Translations under genes and position numbers: made by a program
Part shown: positions 1-9,295 of the stretch, one piece after another
Layout of the letters: every line of letters starts with the position of its first letter
Position numbering within the stretch: the stretch's first letter is position 1
The notes under the pieces: model-generated
What the model was told of the DNA's origin: nothing
The model's database searches: none
The model's input: only the letters and a program-made list of their open reading frames with translations
DNA from: an uncultured Chloroflexia bacterium
GTDB lineage: Bacteria; Chloroflexota; Limnocylindria; Limnocylindrales; CSP1-4
Direction: 5' to 3'
DNA length: 64,000 bases
Assembly: GCA_963714835.1 (NCBI GenBank)
Contig: CAVQPX010000007.1
Coordinates: 83,426 to 147,425, forward strand

Positions 1-17
1 GGAACGTCGCGCACTCC

Positions 18-620
18 ATGCGTCTATCGCATCCTCGTCGTCGTCGCGAGCGAACGGCCGGTCAGGCCCTGGTCGAGTTCGCCCTGATCATCCCGCTCTT
101 CCTCGTGATGTTGATCGGGATCGTCGAGTTCTCGCTCGCGTTCAACGCACTCCTCGGGACCAACTACGCGTCGCGCGAGGCCGCCCTGATCGCCGCCGAG
201 GCAGGCAACGGTTCGGGCGCGGACTGCTCGATCCTTGCGGCTGTCGAGCGGAGCATCACGGCCCCTGCCGACCCACGCCTCATCAGCGAGGTCCGCATCT
301 ATCGCTCTGACCAGAACGGGAACGCTGTGAGTGGCGCGGTGAATGTCTACGACCGGTCGGGCACGACGACATGCACACTCGCCGACGGATCCGTGGTCAC
401 GGTCCCCTACCAGATCGTCGGAACGGCTGGGTATCCGTCCGTGGCGCGCTGCAATGTCCTCGCGGGATGCGGCGGGACACAGACCACCGTCGACCAGATC
501 GGCGTCCAAGCGACGTATATCTACTCGTGGCACACCCCGCTCAACGGGATGCTCTCGCTGGCCGGAACCGGGTTCACCCTGGTCCAGTCCAACGCGATGC
601 GGATGGAGCCGGTGCTGTGA
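18..620 (+). CDS. TadE/TadF-like Flp-pilus pseudopilin
   Basis: Complete 200-aa ORF. The N-terminus RERTAGQALVEFALIIPLFLVMLIGIVEFSLAF is the TadE-type prepilin-like hydrophobic segment. A paralog and a TadG-like gene follow directly. Confidence 0.8.
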   Translation: MRLSHPRRRRERTAGQALVEFALIIPLFLVMLIGIVEFSLAFNALLGTNYASREAALIAAEAGNGSGADCSILAAVERSITAPADPRLISEVRIYRSDQNGNAVSGAVNVYDRSGTTTCTLADGSVVTVPYQIVGTAGYPSVARCNVLAGCGGTQTTVDQIGVQATYIYSWHTPLNGMLSLAGTGFTLVQSNAMRMEPVL

Positions 621-637
621 TCGGACCGACCCGCCCG

Positions 638-1264
638 ATGGCCGACCGCGTAGGAAGGACCGGCGACGACGCCTCGAGCGATGTGGCGCCGCTGGCCGGC
701 ACCCCGCCCGAGCGAGGACAGAGCCTCGTCGAGTTTGCGATCGCGCTCCCCATCCTCGCGATCCTGCTGCTGGGGATGCTCGACTTCGGCTTCGCGTTCA
801 ACCACCACCTGTCGCTCGAATACGCGACACGTGAGGGCGCCCGGATGGGCGCCGCCGTCGGACCGGGCACGGCGGCCGTGCCGTGTGGCCAGGTCGACGC
901 ATACGTGATCGCCGCTGTCCAACGTGTCATCACCTCGCCCGGGTCGCAGGTGGATGTGAGTCGCGTGTCCGAGATCCGCATCTATCGTGCGAATGCCGCC
1001 GGCGACCAGATCGGCGGCCAGGTCAACGTCTGGACTCCGGGTACCGGGCCGGTTGTCGACGGCGCGGCGCTCCTGTTCGGTGTCAGCAGCACGGGTTGGG
1101 ATGCCTGCTCGGTGCCGCGCGACAACGACTCGACGCCAGACTCGATCGGCGTCGGGATCCACTACAGCTATCAGATGGTGACCGGCCTCGGAGCGATCCT
1201 CGGCGCAGTGGGCTTCAACCAGCTGGCCATGAGCGATCGCACGATCATGGCCCTCAATCCGTGA
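638..1264 (+). CDS. TadE/TadF-like Flp-pilus pseudopilin (second paralog)
   Basis: The ORF track gives 371..1264. I place the start at ATG 638, 18 nt after the previous stop, because the part upstream overlaps gene 1. It contains ERGQSLVEFAIALPILAILLLGMLDFGFAF, a TadE-like segment. Confidence 0.75.
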   Translation: MADRVGRTGDDASSDVAPLAGTPPERGQSLVEFAIALPILAILLLGMLDFGFAFNHHLSLEYATREGARMGAAVGPGTAAVPCGQVDAYVIAAVQRVITSPGSQVDVSRVSEIRIYRANAAGDQIGGQVNVWTPGTGPVVDGAALLFGVSSTGWDACSVPRDNDSTPDSIGVGIHYSYQMVTGLGAILGAVGFNQLAMSDRTIMALNP

Positions 1265-3474
1265 ATGAGCAGGCGAAGCACATGACACCGAACCAGCAGT
1301 CGATCGTCGGCGATCTCGACACTGCTCCCGACGGGGCACGTCGGGCGACGTCCCGTCGACGAACCACGGGACAGGCCGTCGTGCTCCTCGCGGGTGCGAT
1401 CTTCATGCTCGCGGGCATGATCGCGGTCGTGATCGATGTGTCGTGGTACTGGGCCAACACGCTGCGCATCCAACGAGCCGCGGACGCAGCGGCCCTGGCA
1501 GGCGTCGTCTGGCTCCCTGGAGATGCGACGAACGGCTTTGCGGTCGCGCGGGCCGAGGCCACCAAGAACGGCTACGCGAATGGTACGGCCGGCGTCGTCG
1601 TGACGCCCAGCCAGGACGGAAGCAACCCACGCCGCCTCAACGTCACGATCAACGCCCCCGTCGGGACGTTCTTCATGCGCGTCTTCGGGCTGAACAGCAT
1701 CCCGGCGACCCGGACAGCTCGAGCCGAGTTCGTGCTGCCCGTTCCGATGGGCTCTCCGCAGAACTACTACGGGGTCTTTGGGCTGGTGCGAACCCCCGGC
1801 GGCGGGACGACGACCTCGACCACCGTCAACGGATCGACGGGCAAACTCCCCGCAAGTGCGGTCAAGTTCACGAACGCGAACTGGAACACTCACGGCAACG
1901 TCTACACCAGCGACGACCAGACAGCGTGGACGACGAACACGTCGACCAGCGGTCGCCAGGGCTGGGGGAACTTCGGATTCACCTTCCCCGGCGGGGCATC
2001 GATCGACGGGATCGAGGTCTTCGTCGAGGCACGCTCCGCGGATGCCGCCGGGTGCCGGCTGCAGGTGGACCTGTCGTGGAACAACGGCACCTCGTGGACG
2101 GCCGCTCAGAACCAGCCGTTGACCGGAACGGATCCCGCATCACCGTACATCGCCTTCGGTGGCGGGTCGGACACGTGGGGACGAAGCTGGACGACCGGGC
2201 AGTTCTCGAACGCGAACTTCCAGGTCCGCCTGCGAAACCTCGATGGCGCCACCGCCTGCACGAACAACTCGCGCCTCGACGTCGACTACATCGAGGTGCG
2301 GATCCAGCACTCGGTGACCACGAGCGTGTTCGTCCCGGACTCGAACCTGACGTCGCCCACCGGTGGCGCGCTCGCACCGCAGGGGTTCTGGGGAACGTTC
2401 ATCAACCAGGGGGCGGACAAGGTCAACGGCGACGCGTACCTCCCGAAGTGGAATCCCCGGACGTCGAGCATCAATCCCGAGTACGACCCGAGCCAGTACT
2501 ACAACTACGACGTCATCATCCCGTCCGGGGCGGCGAACGGCGAAGTCTGGATCTACGACCCCGTCTTCTGCGCCGTCGCCGCGAACATGGGGACCGGCGA
2601 CCGATGGTTCAGCGGGAACAACCCGACGAGCGCCTACTACACGCTGTACGACACCAACAACACGCCGTTCGACCTGACGGACGACACGCAGATCGCGACG
2701 TCGGGCAGCCTGTTCGAGAACATCCAGGCGTCGGACCAGACGCTGAACGGGCCGAGCGGCGTCGCGAGTTGCGCCGCCGGCGCGACCAGCAACCCATCCG
2801 ACGGACGCTACTGGCACAACCGCTGGTGGCAGCTGGGACCCTCGACCCTGGCTGGCGGCAGGACATACCGAGTCCACACCCGGAGCACGAACCCGTCGAG
2901 CCCGAACGCGATGGACAACGCCAATGGCCATAACTCGTTCGCCATCTGGTCGACCGCGTCGGGCGGCACCCCGCAGGTTCACGGCGAAGGCGCGATGGAG
3001 GCATTCACGCCCTTGCCGGGCGGTGGCGCATCCACGTTCTACCTGGCCCAGATCGATGCCGTCCACGCCGGCAAGACGATGGAGATCCGGCTCTGGGACC
3101 CGGGCGACACGAACGGCCTGGATGCCAATGTCCAGATCCTGCAGCCTGGGTCCGGCGGCTACTCGGCAGCCACGCTCAGCTACACGGCATCCATGGAAGC
3201 ATCGGGTGGCACGTCATCGTGCAACTCGAACACGGGCACCAACGTGACCCAGATCGTCACGTACTCCAGCGGATCGCGTTTCAACGGCTGCTGGCTGACC
3301 ATCGTCATCCCGCTCCCTGCGACCTACAGCGCCCCGACGCCCCCGGGCGAGACCGAACCCGGCTGGTGGAAGATCCGGTACAACATGAGCGGCTCGTCGA
3401 GCACGAGTTCGTTCGACCTCACGACCTGGCAGGTCAGCATCCGCGGGAACCCGGTCCACCTCATCGTCCCCTGA
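1261..3474 (+). CDS. TadG-like pilus-associated protein with a large unassigned C-terminal region
   Basis: Same frame as track ORF 883..3474. The start is GTG 1261 (GTGA overlap with the previous stop) or ATG 1282. The N-terminus TGQAVVLLAGAIFMLAGMIAVVIDVSWYWANTLRIQRAADAAALAG is the TadG/Tad-like membrane-anchor domain. About 600 further residues have no vWA MIDAS motif that I can see. Confidence 0.7.
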   Translation: MNEQAKHMTPNQQSIVGDLDTAPDGARRATSRRRTTGQAVVLLAGAIFMLAGMIAVVIDVSWYWANTLRIQRAADAAALAGVVWLPGDATNGFAVARAEATKNGYANGTAGVVVTPSQDGSNPRRLNVTINAPVGTFFMRVFGLNSIPATRTARAEFVLPVPMGSPQNYYGVFGLVRTPGGGTTTSTTVNGSTGKLPASAVKFTNANWNTHGNVYTSDDQTAWTTNTSTSGRQGWGNFGFTFPGGASIDGIEVFVEARSADAAGCRLQVDLSWNNGTSWTAAQNQPLTGTDPASPYIAFGGGSDTWGRSWTTGQFSNANFQVRLRNLDGATACTNNSRLDVDYIEVRIQHSVTTSVFVPDSNLTSPTGGALAPQGFWGTFINQGADKVNGDAYLPKWNPRTSSINPEYDPSQYYNYDVIIPSGAANGEVWIYDPVFCAVAANMGTGDRWFSGNNPTSAYYTLYDTNNTPFDLTDDTQIATSGSLFENIQASDQTLNGPSGVASCAAGATSNPSDGRYWHNRWWQLGPSTLAGGRTYRVHTRSTNPSSPNAMDNANGHNSFAIWSTASGGTPQVHGEGAMEAFTPLPGGGASTFYLAQIDAVHAGKTMEIRLWDPGDTNGLDANVQILQPGSGGYSAATLSYTASMEASGGTSSCNSNTGTNVTQIVTYSSGSRFNGCWLTIVIPLPATYSAPTPPGETEPGWWKIRYNMSGSSSTSSFDLTTWQVSIRGNPVHLIVP

Positions 3475-4462
3475 CCAAGGCTCGCTCGATCCGCTGAGCG
3501 ACGGCCGCAAGCGTCGGAACGCCACTGACGCCCGGCCCTTCCACAACGAGCGAGGCGGCGGCCGCGGCCAGACGAAGATCGCTCCCCCGTCGCCCGGAAC
3601 CCCCGAGCGGATGGCCGGCGGTGGCCGCGAGATACGCGGCCAGGAAGACGTCTCCGGCGCCGGTTGGATCGACGTCCGACGCGGCCGGGATCGCGGGGAA
3701 CCGCCGACGAACCACCGGACCGCCCACCGCCGACGCCACGCGGATCCCACCGCGCGGGCCGTCGGTCACGATGAGTTGCGCGCCGGCCCGCAGGAGAGCC
3801 GTGAGGTCGTCGAGGCGATCGGTGTCCACGTCCTCCCGGCTCAGCCCGACGATCGATGCCCGGGACAGCAGCCGCGACCGACGTGGGGCACGACGGGTCA
3901 CGACGGCATCGGGCTCGAGGTCGCGCAGGAGCCCCTGCCAGCCCAGGGCCACGACCGCGGACGCGCGTGGAACGTCGGCCCAGTCGTCGGGCATCTCGTC
4001 GGCCACCGGTGCCAGCAGCCAGTGGGTCGCCGCCCGCCACGCGACAGGGCACGCCTCGGGTCCGATCGGCCGGCCGGGATCGAGGCACCATTGCTCCCGT
4101 CTGTCCGGGCGCTCGAGGTTGCGGAACACGGGCGCGGACTCGAGAAGGACGAGACGAAGGTCGGCGCCCGCATCGCGGAGGAGATCAAGCTCGGCGGCCG
4201 CCGAGGCCGCCTCGTCCACGCCCATCACGATCCCGGTCCGCACACCCAGTCGAGCCAGCGTGAGGCCCCCGTAGGTCACGGCCCCTCCGAGCCGCCACCC
4301 CCGCGGATCGTCGTCGGTCAGGTCACGCGACGCCGAGCCAACGACGACGATCTCCGGGACCGGGAGTAGCTCCGCCACGTCGGACGCGCGTGGACCGCCG
4401 GTCACGCCGGTGCCCCGGTGTATCGTTGCCAACGAGAGCCGGGGTGGACCGACGATGGCCAC
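3461..4462 (-). CDS. PfkB-family carbohydrate/nucleoside kinase
   Basis: 333-aa ORF with an N-terminal EIVVVGSASRDL sheet and the C-terminal GAGDVFLAAYLAA anion-hole motif typical of ribokinase/PfkB. The start is uncertain (4462 or an internal GTG near 4405). It overlaps the convergent TadG-like gene by 14 nt. Confidence 0.7.
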   Translation of the reverse strand: MAIVGPPRLSLATIHRGTGVTGGPRASDVAELLPVPEIVVVGSASRDLTDDDPRGWRLGGAVTYGGLTLARLGVRTGIVMGVDEAASAAAELDLLRDAGADLRLVLLESAPVFRNLERPDRREQWCLDPGRPIGPEACPVAWRAATHWLLAPVADEMPDDWADVPRASAVVALGWQGLLRDLEPDAVVTRRAPRRSRLLSRASIVGLSREDVDTDRLDDLTALLRAGAQLIVTDGPRGGIRVASAVGGPVVRRRFPAIPAASDVDPTGAGDVFLAAYLAATAGHPLGGSGRRGSDLRLAAAAASLVVEGPGVSGVPTLAAVAQRIERALVRGR

Positions 4463-4485
4463 CCGGGTCGAGAAGGAGACGGCGC

Positions 4486-4890
4486 GTGCACTTCTACGAG
4501 CTTCATGAAGGCGATGGAGACGACTTCGGCGACCTGCTCCTCTTCCGCGACGAGGAGATGGACCCCGAGGACTTCTTCGAGCTCGTCCAATCCATCCGGG
4601 GACGGGTCCTCGGATCGTTCGACGAGGACACGCTCATCGAGGCCATCGCCGTCGAGCTCGAGCGAAACCATGGCTTCGTCTTCGTCTCGGACGAGCGCCT
4701 GACTGCCGCCGTGAACGTGTCGCGCATCGACGGCGACAACTTCCTGGCCGACCTGGACGCGCCCGACGACCAGGACCTCGACGAGGACGGTAGCGACGAT
4801 GACGACGATGACGACGAGCGCGACGGGGCGCCAGATTTCCGATCGATCCTCGCGGACTTCGATCCACGCGGCGGCGTGGACCCGAACTGA
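4486..4890 (+). CDS. Hypothetical highly acidic protein
   Basis: GTG 4486 is preceded by GAAGGAG (4472-4478) at good spacing. The 134-aa product VHFYELHEGDGDDFGDLLLFRDEEMDPEDFFEL... ends in a poly-Asp tract (DEDGSDDDDDDDERDG). I recognise no family. Confidence 0.55.
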   Translation: MHFYELHEGDGDDFGDLLLFRDEEMDPEDFFELVQSIRGRVLGSFDEDTLIEAIAVELERNHGFVFVSDERLTAAVNVSRIDGDNFLADLDAPDDQDLDEDGSDDDDDDDERDGAPDFRSILADFDPRGGVDPN

Positions 4891-4911
4891 TCGCGCCTCA
4901 CGACCGCCAGC

Positions 4912-6015
4912 TCACCGGCTGAAGAGGACCTCGATCACGTCTCCGTCGCGCACCCGGTAGGTCTTCCCCTCCGATCGCAGGCGGCCGGCCTTGCGCGACT
5001 CCGCCATCGAACCGTGGACGAGGAGGTCCTCGTAGGCGACCGTCTCGGCGCGGATGAACCCGCGGGCGAGGTCGGTGTGGATGACCCCTGCCGCCTCGAC
5101 CGCCGACGATCCGTCGACGATCGGCCAGGCGCGAACTTCGTCCGGCCCCGCCGTCAGGAAGGAGATCAGACCAAGCAATCGGTAAGACAGCCGGATGACG
5201 CGGCCCAGGCTCGACTCGGCGATCCCGAGCTCTTCCATGAAGACGAGCGCCTCATCCGGCTCGAGCTCGCCAAGCTCCATCTCGATCCGCGCGGAGAGGG
5301 CATCCACCAGGGCGTGGTCGTGCTCGTAGGCTGCGCCGATCCGCGCGACGAGCGCGTCCATCCCGGCCAGCTCGCTCTCGCCGACGTTGAGCAGCACGAG
5401 CACCGGCTTCTGGGTCAGGAACCGGAAGCCGCGCAGGGCCTTCTCCTCGTCGGCGTCCAGGCCCTCGTCCCGGATCGGTCGCCCCGCCTCGAGCGCCGCC
5501 TTGAGCCTGACCAGCACGACCTCCTCGCGCTCGGCAGCCTCGCGCTCCGCCGGGGTCCCGTGCCGTCCGGTCCCCTTGAGCCGCTCCAGGCGCCGGTCCG
5601 CCATCGCCAGGTCGGCGAGGATGAACTCGAGGTCCAGCTGCTCGAGATCGCGGGCCGGATCCACGGTCCCGGCGGGATGCGGATTGGCCGGGTCCTCGAA
5701 CGCACGGACGACGTGCAAGAGGGCGTCCGCATCACGTAGACGAGCCAGGTGCTCGGCAGGCAACTCCTCGGTCCCGATCCGGCCTTCAGATGAGGCGGGC
5801 GGCGCCGGCAGGTCGACGTAGGTCACGTCGGCCTGGACGACTTTCTTCGGTTTGAAGATCTCGGCCAGGCGATCCAGTCGTTCGTCGGGGACCTTGACGA
5901 CGCCGACGTTGAGGGTCAACCCGCCGAACCCGCCGGTCTCAGCGTGGCCGCGGGTGAGCGTGTTGAAGACGGTGGTCTTGCCCGCTCCGGCAAGGCCGAC
6001 GATGGCGATCTGCAT
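4912..6015 (-). CDS. ychF: YchF/OLA1-family P-loop NTPase
   Basis: 367 aa. N-terminal P-loop IAIVGLAGAGKTTVFNTLT; C-terminal TGS-like end ...GKTYRVRDGDVIEVLFSR. The length and architecture match YchF. Confidence 0.8.
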   Translation of the reverse strand: MQIAIVGLAGAGKTTVFNTLTRGHAETGGFGGLTLNVGVVKVPDERLDRLAEIFKPKKVVQADVTYVDLPAPPASSEGRIGTEELPAEHLARLRDADALLHVVRAFEDPANPHPAGTVDPARDLEQLDLEFILADLAMADRRLERLKGTGRHGTPAEREAAEREEVVLVRLKAALEAGRPIRDEGLDADEEKALRGFRFLTQKPVLVLLNVGESELAGMDALVARIGAAYEHDHALVDALSARIEMELGELEPDEALVFMEELGIAESSLGRVIRLSYRLLGLISFLTAGPDEVRAWPIVDGSSAVEAAGVIHTDLARGFIRAETVAYEDLLVHGSMAESRKAGRLRSEGKTYRVRDGDVIEVLFSR

Positions 6016-6066
6016 GCTGGGGATTGTGACCGGCCGCGGTCGATGATGCGCCGGCGGCCTGGACGG

Positions 6067-7146
6067 TCAGTATCCCGCGGCCGGATCCACCACGTTGAGC
6101 AGCGGCTCACCGACAGCAAAGCGGCGCAGGTTGTCGCAGAACAGGTCCACGGACCGATCGAGGACGCGGCCGCTCGACCACGACGTATGGGGCGTCAGGA
6201 TGACATTCGGGAGGTCGTAGAACGCGGACGACCCGCCGAGCGGCTCCTGGCGGAAGGTGTCGAGTACGGCCCCGCCGATGGGTCCGTTGCGGAGCGCGTA
6301 GAGGAGCGCGTCCTCGTCGATCAGGCCGCCCCGTGCGATGTTGATGAGCCACGCGCCCGGCTTCATCGCGGCCAGCGCCGCCGCGTCGATCATCCCCTCG
6401 GTCTCCGCCGTGAGCGGGGCCGCGAGGACGACGAAGTCCGATTCGGCGAGGAGCTCGGGTAACGCGTCCGGCCGCACGACGCGCCACGGCGCCACTCCAT
6501 CGGGCGAGACCCGCACCTCGTCCGCATCGGTAGCGGCGGGACCCAGCGATCCGAGTTCGACGTGCCGGCGCGTCGCGATGACCCGGCAACCGAAGGCACC
6601 GGCCAGGTCGCCAACGGCACGACCGATCGATCCAAGGCCGACGATCCCGACGGTGACGTCACGGAGCTCCTGGCCCTCCAGGGGCTGCCACGTCCGTTCG
6701 CGCTGCAACTCCATCAGCTGCGGGAGCCGGCGGCTGACCGCCAGGATCATCATCAGGACGTACTCGGCGATCGGCCGGGAGAACACCCCGCGGGCATTGG
6801 TGATGACGATGCCGCGCTCCTGCGCCGCAGGGGTCAGGGCGCGCTCCACGCCGGTGGTCGCGGAGTGGACCCAGCGGAGCCCGGGAGCGCGGGCGAGCAA
6901 CCGATCGAACGCCTCAGAGCTGAGCCATCCCCGGAGCAGGACCTCGACGTCGTCGAGCGGACCATCCGCGAGCCCCTCGGCCGAGAGATTGACGAGACGC
7001 GTCCCGGGTGCCGCCGCCTGGATCCGCTCGAGGTCGCGGGCGCGGTAGCGGGCCGACAGGATGGGACTGAGCGCGATCGCGCGCGGTGCCCCGCCGGGGC
7101 CCGACCCCGGTCCGGCGATGGTGCGGAGAACGCCGCCGTCCGTCAT
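6067..7146 (-). CDS. D-isomer-specific 2-hydroxyacid dehydrogenase family protein
   Basis: NAD-binding fingerprint VGIVGLGSIGRAV and the catalytic region NIARGGLIDEDAL...LDTFRQEPL...TPHTSW. The start is set at ATG 7146, which forms an ATGA overlap with the upstream stop. Confidence 0.8.
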   Translation of the reverse strand: MTDGGVLRTIAGPGSGPGGAPRAIALSPILSARYRARDLERIQAAAPGTRLVNLSAEGLADGPLDDVEVLLRGWLSSEAFDRLLARAPGLRWVHSATTGVERALTPAAQERGIVITNARGVFSRPIAEYVLMMILAVSRRLPQLMELQRERTWQPLEGQELRDVTVGIVGLGSIGRAVGDLAGAFGCRVIATRRHVELGSLGPAATDADEVRVSPDGVAPWRVVRPDALPELLAESDFVVLAAPLTAETEGMIDAAALAAMKPGAWLINIARGGLIDEDALLYALRNGPIGGAVLDTFRQEPLGGSSAFYDLPNVILTPHTSWSSGRVLDRSVDLFCDNLRRFAVGEPLLNVVDPAAGY

Positions 7147-8366
7147 GCCGAACGCTCCAGGACACGCCGGACCCACGTCTGCGGTGCCTCGATCTCCTCC
7201 GATGTGGGAAGGGTCGCGGGGCTCTCCCAGAGGCGGGCGAGGCCCGCGGTGCCGCCGGCCTCGGCGACCGCGCGGACGAAATGCTCGCCCTTTTTGTACT
7301 GGGCCATCTTCAGATCCAGCCCGGTGAGCCGCATCACCGCGCGCTCGAAGGTCGTGCGCTGACCCCGGCGTTCGTGGAAGCGGGCGCTGATCCGTTCGAC
7401 GTCGGGGACGAGGTCGCCGCCCACCTCGTCCATGACGTAGTCGGAGAAGCCTTCGAGGAGGCTCATCACGGCCTGCGTCTCACGAAACAGCCGACGCTGC
7501 TCGTCGCCCATGAGGCGCTCCATCCAGTGGTCGCCGGACCCTCCGCGGCGAAGCGCCCGACCAAGGCCGCGCAGCCCATCCGTCCCCACGGCATCGGCAT
7601 CGCGAGCGAGGAGGGCGAGTTGGCGCTCCAGGCGCTCTGCCAGGTACGGACGCAACCACGGGTGCGCCTCGAACTCGAACGCGTGCGCTGTCTCATGGAG
7701 AGCGATCCAGGTTCGGAACGGCCCGACGGGGACGCCGAGGGCACGTGCGGTCCCGCGGATGTTCTCCTCCACGAACAGGACGCGACCATCCGCAGGCCCG
7801 GCCGCCAGCAGCGCGAGATCGTACTGGCCGAGCACCTTCGTGCCCATGAACCCGAGCAGGAACCCGAGCTGCTTGGTCGTCACGAAGCGGTTCGCGAGCG
7901 CGACCGCGGCGCGGCCGAGGCCCCCGCCGGCGGGCACGATCTGGTCGAGCAGCTCGCCTTCGATGCGCTCGATGAGGTGGGCGAACGACGCGATATTCGC
8001 GCGGGCCCAGCCCGCACGATCGACGACGGCCGCGCGCTCCGCGACGCCCGGGAGCTCGACGCCGAGCGCTCGTTCGAGTCGGGGCACGATCGCATCCATC
8101 GCTCGCCGGTACTCGGGTTCGACGGCGGCGAGTTCCTCGGCCGAGAGGCTGCCGGGTGCTGCCCGCAGGCGACGGATCGCGGTTCGCTCGACCCCATCCC
8201 AGTCCACCAGCCCGCGTCGCGCGGATCGCTCGGCATGGCGCCCGGCGACCGCGACCGCGGCTCCGATCGCCGAACCCAGGAGGAGTCCGGCCTGCCAGCG
8301 CCGATCCGAGCGCCAGGCGCTTCGGCCGTCGCCACCCCGGGCCGTTGGGCGGGTCGACCGCTTCAC
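7143..8366 (-). CDS. Zinc-dependent metalloprotease, DUF2342-type
   Basis: HExxH motif in LHETAHAFEFEAHPWLRPYL, and overall similarity to the actinobacterial DUF2342 hydrolase family. The start is set at GTG 8366 (GTGA overlap with the murI stop) rather than track start 8687, which would overlap murI. Confidence 0.7.
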   Translation of the reverse strand: MKRSTRPTARGGDGRSAWRSDRRWQAGLLLGSAIGAAVAVAGRHAERSARRGLVDWDGVERTAIRRLRAAPGSLSAEELAAVEPEYRRAMDAIVPRLERALGVELPGVAERAAVVDRAGWARANIASFAHLIERIEGELLDQIVPAGGGLGRAAVALANRFVTTKQLGFLLGFMGTKVLGQYDLALLAAGPADGRVLFVEENIRGTARALGVPVGPFRTWIALHETAHAFEFEAHPWLRPYLAERLERQLALLARDADAVGTDGLRGLGRALRRGGSGDHWMERLMGDEQRRLFRETQAVMSLLEGFSDYVMDEVGGDLVPDVERISARFHERRGQRTTFERAVMRLTGLDLKMAQYKKGEHFVRAVAEAGGTAGLARLWESPATLPTSEEIEAPQTWVRRVLERSA

Positions 8367-9283
8367 CGGGCCACCACGCCGAGGTCGATCGCCGAGACGT
8401 CGGGGAAGGCGTGCCCGAAGAGGCGGCCGGCAAGGTCCCGGAAGGCGTCGACGTTCCCGGTCGTCAACTGGCGGTGGGTCGCCGCGATCGCGACCTCGTC
8501 GGGTCGCTCGTGACCGGCACGACCCGCGTCCGCGGCCGTGCCGCGTGTCGTCCCGGGCGTCTCGAGTCCATTGATGCTCAGCAGTTCGACGAGGGCGGAG
8601 GCGGTCGCGGTCGCCGAGTCGACGATCGCGACGCGCTCGCCGGCGATCGCCGCGATGACCGGACGTAGCAGCGGGTAGTGGGTGCACCCGAGGAGGAGCG
8701 TGTCCACGCGCGCCGAGGGCGGCAGCGGGAAGATGAACTCCCCGGCCGCGTCCCGTTCGCCGAGCAGCGGCGCAAGGGCGTCGCCGACGGCCTTCTCCAC
8801 GGCCGGTCCGCTCAACTCGCCGGACTCGACGAGCGGCACGAGCGTCGGGGTGGCGTGCTCGTAGACCTCGAGCGCCGGGTTCTCGTCCTTGATCGCCTGG
8901 AAGTACGCGTGCGAGCGGACGGTCGCCGGCGTGGCGATGACCCCGACGTGGCGCGTGCGCGTTGCCAGGGCCGCGGCGGAGGCGCCGGGGCGGATGACGC
9001 CGAGGATCGGCAGGTCATATCTCCGGCGGAGCTCGGCCAGGGCAACGGCGGTCGAGGTATTGCAGGCCACGACCACGGCCTTCACGTCGCGCTCCACGAG
9101 GGCATCGAGCGACTGCGTGGAATACGCCATGACCTCGTCGTCGGATCGCGTCCCGTATGGCGCCCGTGCATTGTCCCCGAGGTAGATCGTGGACTCATGC
9201 GGCGATCGCCGCATGATCTCGCTGAGGACCGTCAGGCCGCCGACACCGGAGTCGAAGACGCCGACCGGTCGCTGATCGGACAC
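8363..9283 (-). CDS. murI: Glutamate racemase
   Basis: VGVFDSGVGGLTVLSEI, YLGDNARAPYG, VVACNTSTA and LGCTHYPLL are the conserved MurI motifs, including both catalytic Cys regions. Confidence 0.9.
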   Translation of the reverse strand: MSDQRPVGVFDSGVGGLTVLSEIMRRSPHESTIYLGDNARAPYGTRSDDEVMAYSTQSLDALVERDVKAVVVACNTSTAVALAELRRRYDLPILGVIRPGASAAALATRTRHVGVIATPATVRSHAYFQAIKDENPALEVYEHATPTLVPLVESGELSGPAVEKAVGDALAPLLGERDAAGEFIFPLPPSARVDTLLLGCTHYPLLRPVIAAIAGERVAIVDSATATASALVELLSINGLETPGTTRGTAADAGRAGHERPDEVAIAATHRQLTTGNVDAFRDLAGRLFGHAFPDVSAIDLGVVAR

Positions 9284-9295
9284 CGCCCCGCCGAC

